DNA from: an uncultured Thiothrix sp.
GTDB lineage: Bacteria > Pseudomonadota > Gammaproteobacteria > Thiotrichales > Thiotrichaceae
NCBI GenBank assembly: GCA_964544775.1
Contig: CAZJDN010000001.1
Coordinates: 1 to 53,536 of the forward strand
DNA: 53,536 nucleotides
Direction of reading: 5' to 3'
In this document: positions 39,636 to 48,138 of the stretch, one piece after another
Layout: every line of letters starts with the position of its first letter
How positions within the stretch are numbered: position 1 is the stretch's first letter
Notes under the pieces: model-generated
The model's database searches: none
What the model was told of the DNA's origin: nothing
The model's input: only the letters and a program-made list of their open reading frames with translations
Position numbers and translations under genes: made by a program

Positions 39636-40214
39636 TTACGGCATGAGTTTAAGCAGCTTTACCAGCATCTGTTCGAGGGTATACCCGCCCTGCCAATCTG
39701 CACTTGGAGGGTATGTAGCAGTCTTCACTGTATTGTAGTACAGCTTACCGTCTGCATCAGCCACTACACTCCCGATGTCCCACATTTTCAGCGGGCATCC
39801 ACCTCCGTTAGATTCGTTTGCCCCAGCTACCACCATACCTGGCACGGTAACAGGAGTACACGTAGCCACTGGCTCCACATACAGAGGAACGTCAATGCCG
39901 ATAGAGCGTCCTGTCATTTCACCATCAAGGTGACACAGGAACTTCTGCATATCGAAAATTTTCCAGCATCCGTATCCCGGAGGACTGAATTCCAGTTTTT
40001 CGGTGTTATACCAGTAGTTATTGTTATGAATGACCAGACTGCCCGGAGGATATGGGACTTGAATCTGGCACCACGGAACCATGAAAGGTACTCGCTTTCG
40101 AGGTCTTGGGTTAGCAACCTGCTGCACCACTACGATCTTTTGCGTGATGGCTGCGGTATCGCAAGTGCTTGTGCCATGACCTGAGTCAGCGGAATAGCAA
40201 TTTGAATAAGACAT
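39636..40214 (-). CDS. Cys-rich virion protein with two CBM5/12-like repeats
   Basis: PFMVPW...YPPGSLVIHNNNYWY...PPGYGCW and WDIGSVV...GKLYY...PPSADW; paralogous to 39175..39630. Confidence 0.55.
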   Translation of the reverse strand: MSYSNCYSADSGHGTSTCDTAAITQKIVVVQQVANPRPRKRVPFMVPWCQIQVPYPPGSLVIHNNNYWYNTEKLEFSPPGYGCWKIFDMQKFLCHLDGEMTGRSIGIDVPLYVEPVATCTPVTVPGMVVAGANESNGGGCPLKMWDIGSVVADADGKLYYNTVKTATYPPSADWQGGYTLEQMLVKLLKLMP

Positions 40215-40225
40215 CGGTAACTCCT

Positions 40226-40367
40226 TCCCTCCCTGTCTCGCAGCAATTATAACCTATGCGTATAACTTGTCAAGGGTGCGCGGCATAGCCGCGCATCAGC
40301 GTAGCTGACTGCGCCCTTGACAAGTTATCCTAAGCATAGGTTACAGTAATTTCATGACCGGGAGGGA
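40226..40367 (-). promoter_or_regulatory. structured hairpin-promoter element E10
   Basis: Minus arm TTGACA-16-TATAAT, plus arm TTGACA-19-TACAGT; core is the reverse complement of the E6/E7 core with one loop change. Confidence 0.9.
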
Positions 40368-41942
40368 TTATGACGTTTCAATAATAAGATTGCCTAGATT
40401 GCCACTGAATTTCAGCACAAAAGACAACATGACTTGCCTCAACTGCCCAGCGTACTGCACTTCATGTCTGTCATGGTGAGTAAGCTGTACGTTAAGATTG
40501 TACCACGACCCGACTCTATCAATCCCCTGTCTCGCGACTATGTCGGGCAGCCAATATTGCTGGTCTGGCTGTGCATCGCATTCAGCCTGCTTTAGGTGTG
40601 CAGCGTACATTGGGGTGCAGAAATCCCCCAGAGCCTTAATCTTACTAAGGCGGTAGGTCTTCCCACTTAGCACCATAAGCTCATGGAAATACAGTCTGGC
40701 TACCTCACATCCCTCTTGGATACATTGGCTGTCCTCATGCCGGGCTGTTATGAAGTAGTTTGCGCTAAGCCCATCGCTTTCGCCAACGTACAGCTTATCC
40801 ACCACATCTGTGTGCTGTTCAAGTAGCACAGTAGTTCTGTCAAGGCTTAGGTCAATGACATAGAGGCGCTCATAAGATTCGCCATCATATGCGTAGCTTA
40901 TTGTGGCATATCGCGGGTCTACATTTACTACCCGTACATTGTGCCAATGGCTACGCCATTGTTGGAAGAGTTGCGGTGCTCGACAGGAGGAAGCGTCTTC
41001 GTCGCTTCCATCGTTATCGTGGTATTCTTGAGCATCCCCCCACGCTAATGGCTCGTTCCCGTCGTCTACCAGCAGGCTTACGACAGTTTTATTGCGAAGC
41101 TGGGCACTTACGTCAGGATAGTCGTTCTTAGCCAATGTTTTGTCCAGCCACTGTAGACCTGCCCTGCTGTACACTAGAGGTGTAGCGGCTTCATACCGAC
41201 ACACACAGTTTGCACGTTCATATATACCGTTGAAATTAGCAATCGGTCTTACATCAAAGGGTACGTGTAAGTCTCCTGAACATGCAGCGTATAGACCTCC
41301 TGTAGTTCCAAGGACATAGAATCCCATGTCTGAGGGTAGAAGTTGAACCACATCGCCAATCTCAAGAGTATGACCAGTGCTACCAGCGCCAGTCCTAAGA
41401 CTAGGAGTAAAGTCAAACGGGTTTTCGATGCCGCTCCAATACAAAAAGCGCCCATCAGTGACAATAAGACGTCCAGCAACTCCAGTAACATGAGTGATGC
41501 CACCTGCGTCAGCATTAATGCCCTTGACTGTACGAGGTGTAAGGCTCGACCCTTGCAGAACTTGACCCTCGTTAGTCCACACGACAGTGCCTGTTGGCAG
41601 ATAAGCGATGCCACGTACATTAGCTTCATTGTAACGTAGCAACGCCTCGCGCTCTCCAGTACAACCTTGAAGCCACCAGCGATGCCGCAAGTCCGTTCCA
41701 ACATCCACATGGTCTGTATACGAGATATGACCTATGGTTTGGAAGCCTGTTTCTGTGGGCATTGCATCTTCAATGTAACATCCTGCCCTGAATCTACGCC
41801 AGTGTTGAAACTGGCTGCCACCTGCTGCTCCACTTTCTGGTAACGACTGTGCATTTCCAGCAGGAAATTCTTGTATCGGCGTACCTAATATGCCCAGCGT
41901 GTATCTTGCCTGAGCTATATTCATTGTCCATGCTCTATTCAT
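40368..41942 (-). CDS. tail nozzle/DNA stabilisation protein (podovirus type)
   Basis: AMPTETGFQTIG, LYWSGIENPFDFTPS..TGAG; position after the adaptor gene. Confidence 0.6.
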   Translation of the reverse strand: MNRAWTMNIAQARYTLGILGTPIQEFPAGNAQSLPESGAAGGSQFQHWRRFRAGCYIEDAMPTETGFQTIGHISYTDHVDVGTDLRHRWWLQGCTGEREALLRYNEANVRGIAYLPTGTVVWTNEGQVLQGSSLTPRTVKGINADAGGITHVTGVAGRLIVTDGRFLYWSGIENPFDFTPSLRTGAGSTGHTLEIGDVVQLLPSDMGFYVLGTTGGLYAACSGDLHVPFDVRPIANFNGIYERANCVCRYEAATPLVYSRAGLQWLDKTLAKNDYPDVSAQLRNKTVVSLLVDDGNEPLAWGDAQEYHDNDGSDEDASSCRAPQLFQQWRSHWHNVRVVNVDPRYATISYAYDGESYERLYVIDLSLDRTTVLLEQHTDVVDKLYVGESDGLSANYFITARHEDSQCIQEGCEVARLYFHELMVLSGKTYRLSKIKALGDFCTPMYAAHLKQAECDAQPDQQYWLPDIVARQGIDRVGSWYNLNVQLTHHDRHEVQYAGQLRQVMLSFVLKFSGNLGNLIIETS

Positions 41943-41952
41943 GACTTGCTCC

Positions 41953-42546
41953 TCATTGTGGAGGTGGCATTAACTCTGCATCGGCATTTAGGTGTCTCAA
42001 CGCCGCTATAGCTAATGTCTTCTGTGTTGGGGCAGCGTTATCCCCTGCCTCGTCCAGAACACGAAATGCCGCATCATGGATAATAACGCTAGAATATTCT
42101 TGTGCAATCCAGCTTGAATACCCTGCGTCAGAGATATCTTGGTGAAAGAATGCCGCGAATATTACTTGAGCGATTCCAGCATTGCTCTCTACAAGCAGGT
42201 ATCCGGGGAAAAGACATGCTTTTACCTTAGCCTGCGAGGAGAGAAAGCCCCCATATGTCTTAAAAACAGCTATAGGGGCTGGGGGAGTAATACGGGAGGC
42301 TCTGACGATCACTTCATGCAGACGACGAATTCGTGGCAACGTTGTCGTGGGTATTGTCAGCTGCCCATCGCAAATCTCAGTAGCCTCTGGCGTGACTGTG
42401 AGATATTGCAGGTCGTGTTTGAACCAGTTCGACTGATGGGCATCACGAGTTGCTGATTCAATTGAATCAATTGTCAACTGGCGCATGTTTTTCATGCCAG
42501 TAATAGCAATGACTTTATTGAAGATTCGTGTCTTTAACTCGTTCAT
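41953..42546 (-). CDS. head-tail adaptor/tail tubular protein
   Basis: 197-aa ORF after the capsid genes; SSWIAQEY..VIIHDAA motif; positional inference. Confidence 0.5.
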   Translation of the reverse strand: MNELKTRIFNKVIAITGMKNMRQLTIDSIESATRDAHQSNWFKHDLQYLTVTPEATEICDGQLTIPTTTLPRIRRLHEVIVRASRITPPAPIAVFKTYGGFLSSQAKVKACLFPGYLLVESNAGIAQVIFAAFFHQDISDAGYSSWIAQEYSSVIIHDAAFRVLDEAGDNAAPTQKTLAIAALRHLNADAELMPPPQ

Positions 42547-42564
42547 GTTAGACTCCCGAAGCCG

Positions 42565-42912
42565 TTAAGCGCAGTCTACAGCGTTAGGCTGCTCCACAGC
42601 GAAGAACATGACAGGAACGAGTTTGTCTGCCAGCAGCTTGTCAAGCTTAGCCACCAGACATTCATCGCCTGTACAGAACTCTCCGTATGGGTATGCCAGC
42701 TCATCGCGGTTATGCGGGTGAGGTTTTGGATTACCTGCGCGGGCAAAAATAACCCAACCGCCTGTCTGTGCGGTATGCTTGTACCCTTCACCAACGAACA
42801 AACGTGCGCCAGCTACAGGAGAGCGATACACACGTACATCAGGGAAGGTATTGCCACCATCACAACAGGCAGGGTCAACGCAGGGCAGTGTAGAGTCAGT
42901 GGTTGAAGTCAT
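42565..42912 (-). CDS. small virion-associated protein
   Basis: Own GGAGG RBS inside the MCP 3' end; Cys-rich. Confidence 0.6.
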   Translation of the reverse strand: MTSTTDSTLPCVDPACCDGGNTFPDVRVYRSPVAGARLFVGEGYKHTAQTGGWVIFARAGNPKPHPHNRDELAYPYGEFCTGDECLVAKLDKLLADKLVPVMFFAVEQPNAVDCA

Positions 42913-44182
42913 TGCCTTTGCCTCCTGTCAGACCGTAAATTACACCATTCGCAGCAGGATTGTGGCACAGGAACGTCATTTCAGTAATGAAATCCCCGCC
43001 ACGTGCATCGACGCCGCCATCAACAGTCATTTCGTTGATCTTGCCGTTTGCATCCGCATTGAAATAGTGATGAGAAGTACGACGCAGGTAACGCAGCTCC
43101 AGAGTGGTAGGGTCTACCACGAATGCCATGCCTCGCGGCATGTTCATTACTTGGAACAACGGGTGCTCGTACACGTCGAAACGCAGCCGTGGGGTAATGA
43201 AACTGCGGAACCGCTGACCGAATGAGTCCTGATTATTATCAGTCATACGGAGCAGGGAACCATAGCGCATACCGATCTGATGAATGGCGTTTACGAAGGT
43301 CTTATCCCCGTAAATGATACGCATGTCAGACGGATTTTTACCAATCTGCACGTCGCCAAACGCATCGAATACTGCACACAGCTCGTCATAGTTCATCTTA
43401 CCAGCTACGCTGATGATGTTCTGAGGCGCATTGTAGCGCACAAACTCCAGCAGACCAGAGAATGTACGCATGGGCTGACCTTTGTACACAGTGTTAGACT
43501 GCTGACCAAACAGGATTGCCATTTCATGAGCTACGCCATGATTGTACATCGCGTCCTGCTTATTGGTAGCAGTAACATTGTAGCCATTTGCAGTTGCAAC
43601 AACATGTTCTGTTTCAGTTGTCGCCCATGCATCACGGAAGATTTGGGTTTGAGTCCACATCCGCTCACTTTCAGTGAAAGTGCCCAGAGGACGCAGTGAA
43701 CCTTCTTCAAATGCATTACCTGCGAATTGCAACTGTGCTCCGGCTGATGCGCCCCATGCAGGCACAGTGCCCATACCGCGAATAGCAGTACAGGTATGGT
43801 CGCCAGTGATGGAAGTGATCATCATCATTTCGCCGTAGGGCATAGCCACAAACAGCATATTGGGTAACAGGTAGCGGGTAGAGTCCACCTTGAGGGTAGA
43901 CACCTGACGCTGCGACGCAGGTGCCAGTTCTTCCAGCAAGGTGAGCGTAGGGAAGCGAACATTTTCGATTTTCCAGCCAACGTCTGTAGAGATACAGTCG
44001 CTCTTTTTCATCGAGTCAATGATCGCAGACAGTTGAACACTACCGCCCGGATAGCGGCGCAGTACTGTCTCAAGAAACTGCGGACGGTTCGCGGCATCAC
44101 GACGAAACGTCTGAGTATTGAGCATACCTACACCGCCATTAGGGGGAGTATGCCAACCACTTGGGTTAAATAAGCCTGACAT
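42896..44182 (-). CDS. major capsid protein (SU10/DUF5309-like)
   Basis: 428 aa; GNAFEEGS, TQIFRD, EMAILFG, HPLF; follows portal and scaffold; biased codons. Confidence 0.85.
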   Translation of the reverse strand: MSGLFNPSGWHTPPNGGVGMLNTQTFRRDAANRPQFLETVLRRYPGGSVQLSAIIDSMKKSDCISTDVGWKIENVRFPTLTLLEELAPASQRQVSTLKVDSTRYLLPNMLFVAMPYGEMMMITSITGDHTCTAIRGMGTVPAWGASAGAQLQFAGNAFEEGSLRPLGTFTESERMWTQTQIFRDAWATTETEHVVATANGYNVTATNKQDAMYNHGVAHEMAILFGQQSNTVYKGQPMRTFSGLLEFVRYNAPQNIISVAGKMNYDELCAVFDAFGDVQIGKNPSDMRIIYGDKTFVNAIHQIGMRYGSLLRMTDNNQDSFGQRFRSFITPRLRFDVYEHPLFQVMNMPRGMAFVVDPTTLELRYLRRTSHHYFNADANGKINEMTVDGGVDARGGDFITEMTFLCHNPAANGVIYGLTGGKGNDFNH

Positions 44183-44191
44183 ATGCGCTCC

Positions 44192-45136
44192 TTAATTTGC
44201 GAATGTGTCCCAATCCATCTCCACATTAGTGGAGCCTTGTGTCGTTGCTGCCGCTTTCGCAGTCAGCAATTTTTGCATGGCTTTCACTGCTTGTGAAGCC
44301 TGCTCTTTGATTTCGCTAGCGGAAGCATGTGGATGCGACTTAGCGTAGCGAGAAGCAAATACTTGCGCCAGCATACTGGTAACTTTATTGTCACCGTGCT
44401 CCTTACGGAGACTTGTGCTGGCAGTACGTTGTTCGTATTGCTGATTGTACTGCCCAAACGCCCCGGTCAATAACGTTGGCAATTGAGCCTGCACCAAACG
44501 CATTGTGCTAAGCACTGCTTCTTGCATCGCGTTGGAGGCAACAGCCTGAATAACTGCTGGAAGAGCGGTCATATCCCCCGTTGCAAGCTTATCCAAGTCC
44601 TCTTTTGGGACAGCATTCATCAGATTGATTTGTCCAGACTTACCAGCCTCAACCAACGACTGACGAACTGCATCAGGCGTAATCTGATCGTTAAATAAGC
44701 TAACACCCTTCAGAGTAAGATTAAAAGGGTCGGCGGATGGGCTATTCCCGCCCTGAGTAGTGTCGGCTGCACCAGAGGTTTTGGTTGTACCCTGAGTGTT
44801 AGTATTAGTATTCGCTGATCCTTGGGTAGTATTGGTTTGCTGTCCACCAAACAACCAGTCCAAACCTTTCAACGGGTCTTCATCGTCACCATCAGCTACG
44901 CTATTAGTATTTGTCTGCTGTTGCTGTTGATGGGACTGAGTATTTTGTTGAGTCGTAGCTGGAATGCCAGCATTAGGGTTCGGCATAGCTCCCCCCATCA
45001 TGGCACTTAACATGCCATTTAATACATCTTGATTGAATGCAGGCATTGGAGGGCGCCCTCCGCCACTTGCTACTGCACGTCCACGCAGGGTATCAATTAC
45101 ACTTGGCTGACCAGATGCTACTGCGATATTATCCAT
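44192..45136 (-). CDS. capsid scaffolding protein
   Basis: Low-complexity Q/T/N N-half and helical C-half ending MDWDTFAN, directly before the MCP. Confidence 0.65.
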   Translation of the reverse strand: MDNIAVASGQPSVIDTLRGRAVASGGGRPPMPAFNQDVLNGMLSAMMGGAMPNPNAGIPATTQQNTQSHQQQQQTNTNSVADGDDEDPLKGLDWLFGGQQTNTTQGSANTNTNTQGTTKTSGAADTTQGGNSPSADPFNLTLKGVSLFNDQITPDAVRQSLVEAGKSGQINLMNAVPKEDLDKLATGDMTALPAVIQAVASNAMQEAVLSTMRLVQAQLPTLLTGAFGQYNQQYEQRTASTSLRKEHGDNKVTSMLAQVFASRYAKSHPHASASEIKEQASQAVKAMQKLLTAKAAATTQGSTNVEMDWDTFAN

Positions 45137-45146
45137 GAAAATCTCC

Positions 45147-45288
45147 TCGCCTTTCGGCTCAATAAAATGGTAGCAACAGCATGGATAATGTCAAGGGGGA
45201 GAAATGCTGCGCATTTCTCTTGGTGGCTGCGCCACCCTTGACATTATCCATTAGCAGTTGCTTATGGGTTGCTTGCCCCGAGAGGCGA
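45147..45288 (-). promoter_or_regulatory. structured hairpin-promoter element E11
   Basis: Minus arm TTGACA-16-TACCAT; stem ATGGATAATGTCAAGGG/CCCTTGACATTATCCAT; inner GAGAAATGC-TGC-GCATTTCTC and GGTGGC-TGC-GCCACC. Confidence 0.8.
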
Positions 45289-45297
45289 TTGCTGTTT

Positions 45298-45573
45298 TCA
45301 GCCTGCGCTCAACTGCGCTACCAGATCAGGGTGCATTTCCCGCGCTTTAGTTTCAAGAATCCCTTTACCCTTGGTTGTGGTAGTGAGCATGTTGCGGTAA
45401 GTGCGCTGTCCACACGCAGGGCAGTTAGTATCCAGCGCATACTTGCTGACAATTGCATCTACAACTGCGGCACGTTGGGGCTGTGTAAGTGCATCGTATA
45501 CACTGAATTGTTTAGGGGCGGCTGGCACTCCGTTTGATTTGATAGCGGAGTGAATACCTTGGTCGATTGGCAT
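45298..45573 (-). CDS. small hypothetical protein with CPAC motif
   Basis: GAGGAGG RBS, after the portal. Confidence 0.65.
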   Translation of the reverse strand: MPIDQGIHSAIKSNGVPAAPKQFSVYDALTQPQRAAVVDAIVSKYALDTNCPACGQRTYRNMLTTTTKGKGILETKAREMHPDLVAQLSAG

Positions 45574-45590
45574 AGCTATGCCTCCTCTGG

Positions 45591-47609
45591 TTAAGCTTGT
45601 TTATCTCGCTGGACAGCAGTGCCAGTAGCGTCATTTGCTCCTGCGCTACCGGCTCCTGTGTCTTGCTGTTGCGGTGCAGCTCCTCCCTGTTGGGAGGCTA
45701 CAGCAGCAATTGCTGCTTGCGATGCTGCATTTGGTGGAGGAATCCTGTCGAAATCCTCGACTCCAAGGGCTCCTGCAAACAAATCCATCATTATGCCTAG
45801 GTCTTTAGTCTGGCGTAATTCAGGAACCTGGATGACAGCAGTAATAAGCTGCCCGACAGCCTCAGGGCTGAGGAGCTTGCTACTAGGCAACTGCCCATCG
45901 CTAAGTTCAAAGTCAAATTCGTTATCTTTAAACTCTTGAGGGGTTAGCGCCTTCTTTACCCCGGCTGCCGCGTCATAATACGTCAGAACTGAGGTACTTT
46001 CGCCCATGTTGCTGCGCAAAATGATCTTGAACGGCATCATAAACGTCTGCTGAAAGATTATTGAGTAGACCCGGAAGCGACCTTCTCCAAATGACGCTTC
46101 GCGCTGGGCTTCGAGAGCTGTTTTATTTCCTGGGAGCCGCCCACCTTGCATCTGAGCGTTATTGCCGCTAATGCGTTCTGCGAAATTCTGGGATTCCCCT
46201 AGCATACCGAGCAGGGCGCTTACGCCACTAGCATCAAAGGGCAGGTGCAAGTAAGCATCACGAATGCTCTTGTCTCTGTCCTTGAGAGCGTGTCCATTAA
46301 CAGGAATCTGAGCAGCAGCTCCACGGTTCTTAATGGCGTCTCCGTCCACCAGTTCGCTGTCATACAGCCCTCGATCGCTCAATGCCCGGCGAATTGCTTC
46401 AATACGTGCTGCATTTAGCTTATCCGTGTAGATTTGGGTAGCCCCCAAACTCTCAGTATATGCCAGCGCCACACTTCCGCTGCTGTCTGCTGTTATCGAG
46501 CCAAACATCATTGGGATTCGCCCATGCTGCTCTTTAACAGGCTCACAGGCAAGTAGATAAGTGTGGTTCAGAATGAGAATTCTGAAAACAGGAAGCTGCC
46601 CCGCACTCCCAGTGTAGGAGCTATAAGTTTTGGGGGGCAGCTCCAACCACGCTGGCATCGCCCGGCGGTAGTAAGTGGTAAGTTCAAAAGTGTTTGCGCT
46701 TATTTTCATTCTCTGACTAGCTGGACTATCCTTTGGGATGTCCAGATTGTCATAAAATGCGTTCCAGTTTACTGCTCCGCCTCCAGATGCCTGCGCACCC
46801 TCTATAAGCCCCATGCCAAGTGCCTTTGCAAGCTGTGATGACACGGTTGTATCACGGTATGCGCCGACGAATCCCTGGGTTTCAGCGCGTAGCATAGCTA
46901 CTTGCTCTAATGCATTAATGTTTGTCAGTAGTTGTTGTGCCGCCCTACTAACAAATTCATTTGGTACGGCACTCATTATGCGATATAGCATGGTAAGTGT
47001 CACGACCTCAGTGTATCCTGCGTACATTCCATCCATTGACACCCTGTCAGGGCTTACGCTTACGTCGTAGAAACAGTTCTGCGGGTCGATAGCACGTAGA
47101 CTATTGTCTTTTGTGGATGTAAGTCTCACTTCTGCAGGAGACAGGTTATAAAAGACGGCGCTCTGGATGATTTTAATCATTTCAAGCGCCCAATTCCCGG
47201 CGTTGCTGTCGCGCTGAAGCTTCGCCTTTACTGCTTCCGTAACGTGGGGCGCATTCGGAAGCGTCGGGACATCAATTATTGGGTTCTTGTATGCGTACAC
47301 TGCGCACAAATATGCTGCTAGCTCCATTGCATTCGCATACACAACCGCATTCGGTGGGATAATATCCAGTGGAAGTCCACTTGCATCAACTTTGCTGGAA
47401 TCTTGCGCTCCATCCTTGCTTGATTCTTTCCATAGCGTGAACATCTTCTTGAACGAGGTGTACATCAGCTCGTCAATAGTATTCATCCGACTCCACAGAG
47501 TAGAATCTGCTCTAGCCTCTGTACACGATGCTCGGTACAGCGCTACCAGTACGTCTTCCCATGCGGCTCCGCCGCTTGTAACAGTAGCCATTGATTGCGG
47601 CTTCCACAT
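45591..47609 (-). CDS. portal protein
   Basis: 672 aa between TerL and scaffold/MCP; IDPQNCFYD, RRALSDRGLYD, QGGRLPGNKTALE. Confidence 0.8.
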   Translation of the reverse strand: MWKPQSMATVTSGGAAWEDVLVALYRASCTEARADSTLWSRMNTIDELMYTSFKKMFTLWKESSKDGAQDSSKVDASGLPLDIIPPNAVVYANAMELAAYLCAVYAYKNPIIDVPTLPNAPHVTEAVKAKLQRDSNAGNWALEMIKIIQSAVFYNLSPAEVRLTSTKDNSLRAIDPQNCFYDVSVSPDRVSMDGMYAGYTEVVTLTMLYRIMSAVPNEFVSRAAQQLLTNINALEQVAMLRAETQGFVGAYRDTTVSSQLAKALGMGLIEGAQASGGGAVNWNAFYDNLDIPKDSPASQRMKISANTFELTTYYRRAMPAWLELPPKTYSSYTGSAGQLPVFRILILNHTYLLACEPVKEQHGRIPMMFGSITADSSGSVALAYTESLGATQIYTDKLNAARIEAIRRALSDRGLYDSELVDGDAIKNRGAAAQIPVNGHALKDRDKSIRDAYLHLPFDASGVSALLGMLGESQNFAERISGNNAQMQGGRLPGNKTALEAQREASFGEGRFRVYSIIFQQTFMMPFKIILRSNMGESTSVLTYYDAAAGVKKALTPQEFKDNEFDFELSDGQLPSSKLLSPEAVGQLITAVIQVPELRQTKDLGIMMDLFAGALGVEDFDRIPPPNAASQAAIAAVASQQGGAAPQQQDTGAGSAGANDATGTAVQRDKQA

Positions 47610-47611
47610 AA

Positions 47612-47960
47612 GATTTATAGGGGCAGCCCGTCACAACTTTTTCTGCGATTCGCATTGATGCGATGGACTGCTAGGGTGCGCTTTCGCGCGCGCAACCAGC
47701 AGGGGTGAGGACAGCATTTCACCCCTGCTTTTGCTGGTAGGCTACCCGCCTACGGAGGGGGCACTTTCGTGCCCGGAGGAGGTGCAGCAAGCGCACCACC
47801 GATGGCGGAGGAGGTCGCCACAAACAGTCTGCCATGAATACAGAGTTGTTTCTTGCTGCACAGTTACACACCTTCTTAATTGGAGCAGGCTCGCCCGAGA
47901 CAACTACAGGGAGGAAAGGTTATAAGACCTCGTAACTACTTAGGCTTGCCTGCATTGAAT
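47612..47960 (-). ncRNA. candidate structured non-coding RNA or long portal leader
   Basis: ~350 nt with no credible ORF, downstream of E12; at least 7 hairpins, two with GAAA tetraloops on the minus strand. Confidence 0.5.
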
Positions 47961-48106
47961 GCCCCATCGGGGCGAGAAAATTGTAGCACTTCGCGTGTAA
48001 AAGTCAAGGCAAGAAATTGCTGCGCAATTTCTTCCAGCATAGCTGGCTACGACCTTGACTTTTACCCTGAGTGAAGTGCTATGCTACGCTTGCGCCCGGA
48101 GGGGCA
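47960..48106 (-). promoter_or_regulatory. structured hairpin-promoter element E12
   Basis: Minus arm TTGACT-16-TACAAT, plus arm TTGACT-19-TATGCT; inner AAGAAATTGC-TGC-GCAATTTCTT and CCAGC-ATA-GCTGG. Confidence 0.85.
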
Positions 48107-48138
48107 CAACAAGCTGGCATCTGACAGCTATCAGATAG

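Noticed and set aside
42565-42912. Programmed frameshift extension of the major capsid protein
   Set aside because: The downstream ORF has its own GGAGG and ATG, and no slippery heptamer is evident.
47612-47960. tRNA, tmRNA or self-splicing intron
   Set aside because: No T-loop or CCA end, no recognisable group I/II core, and neither flanking gene appears interrupted.
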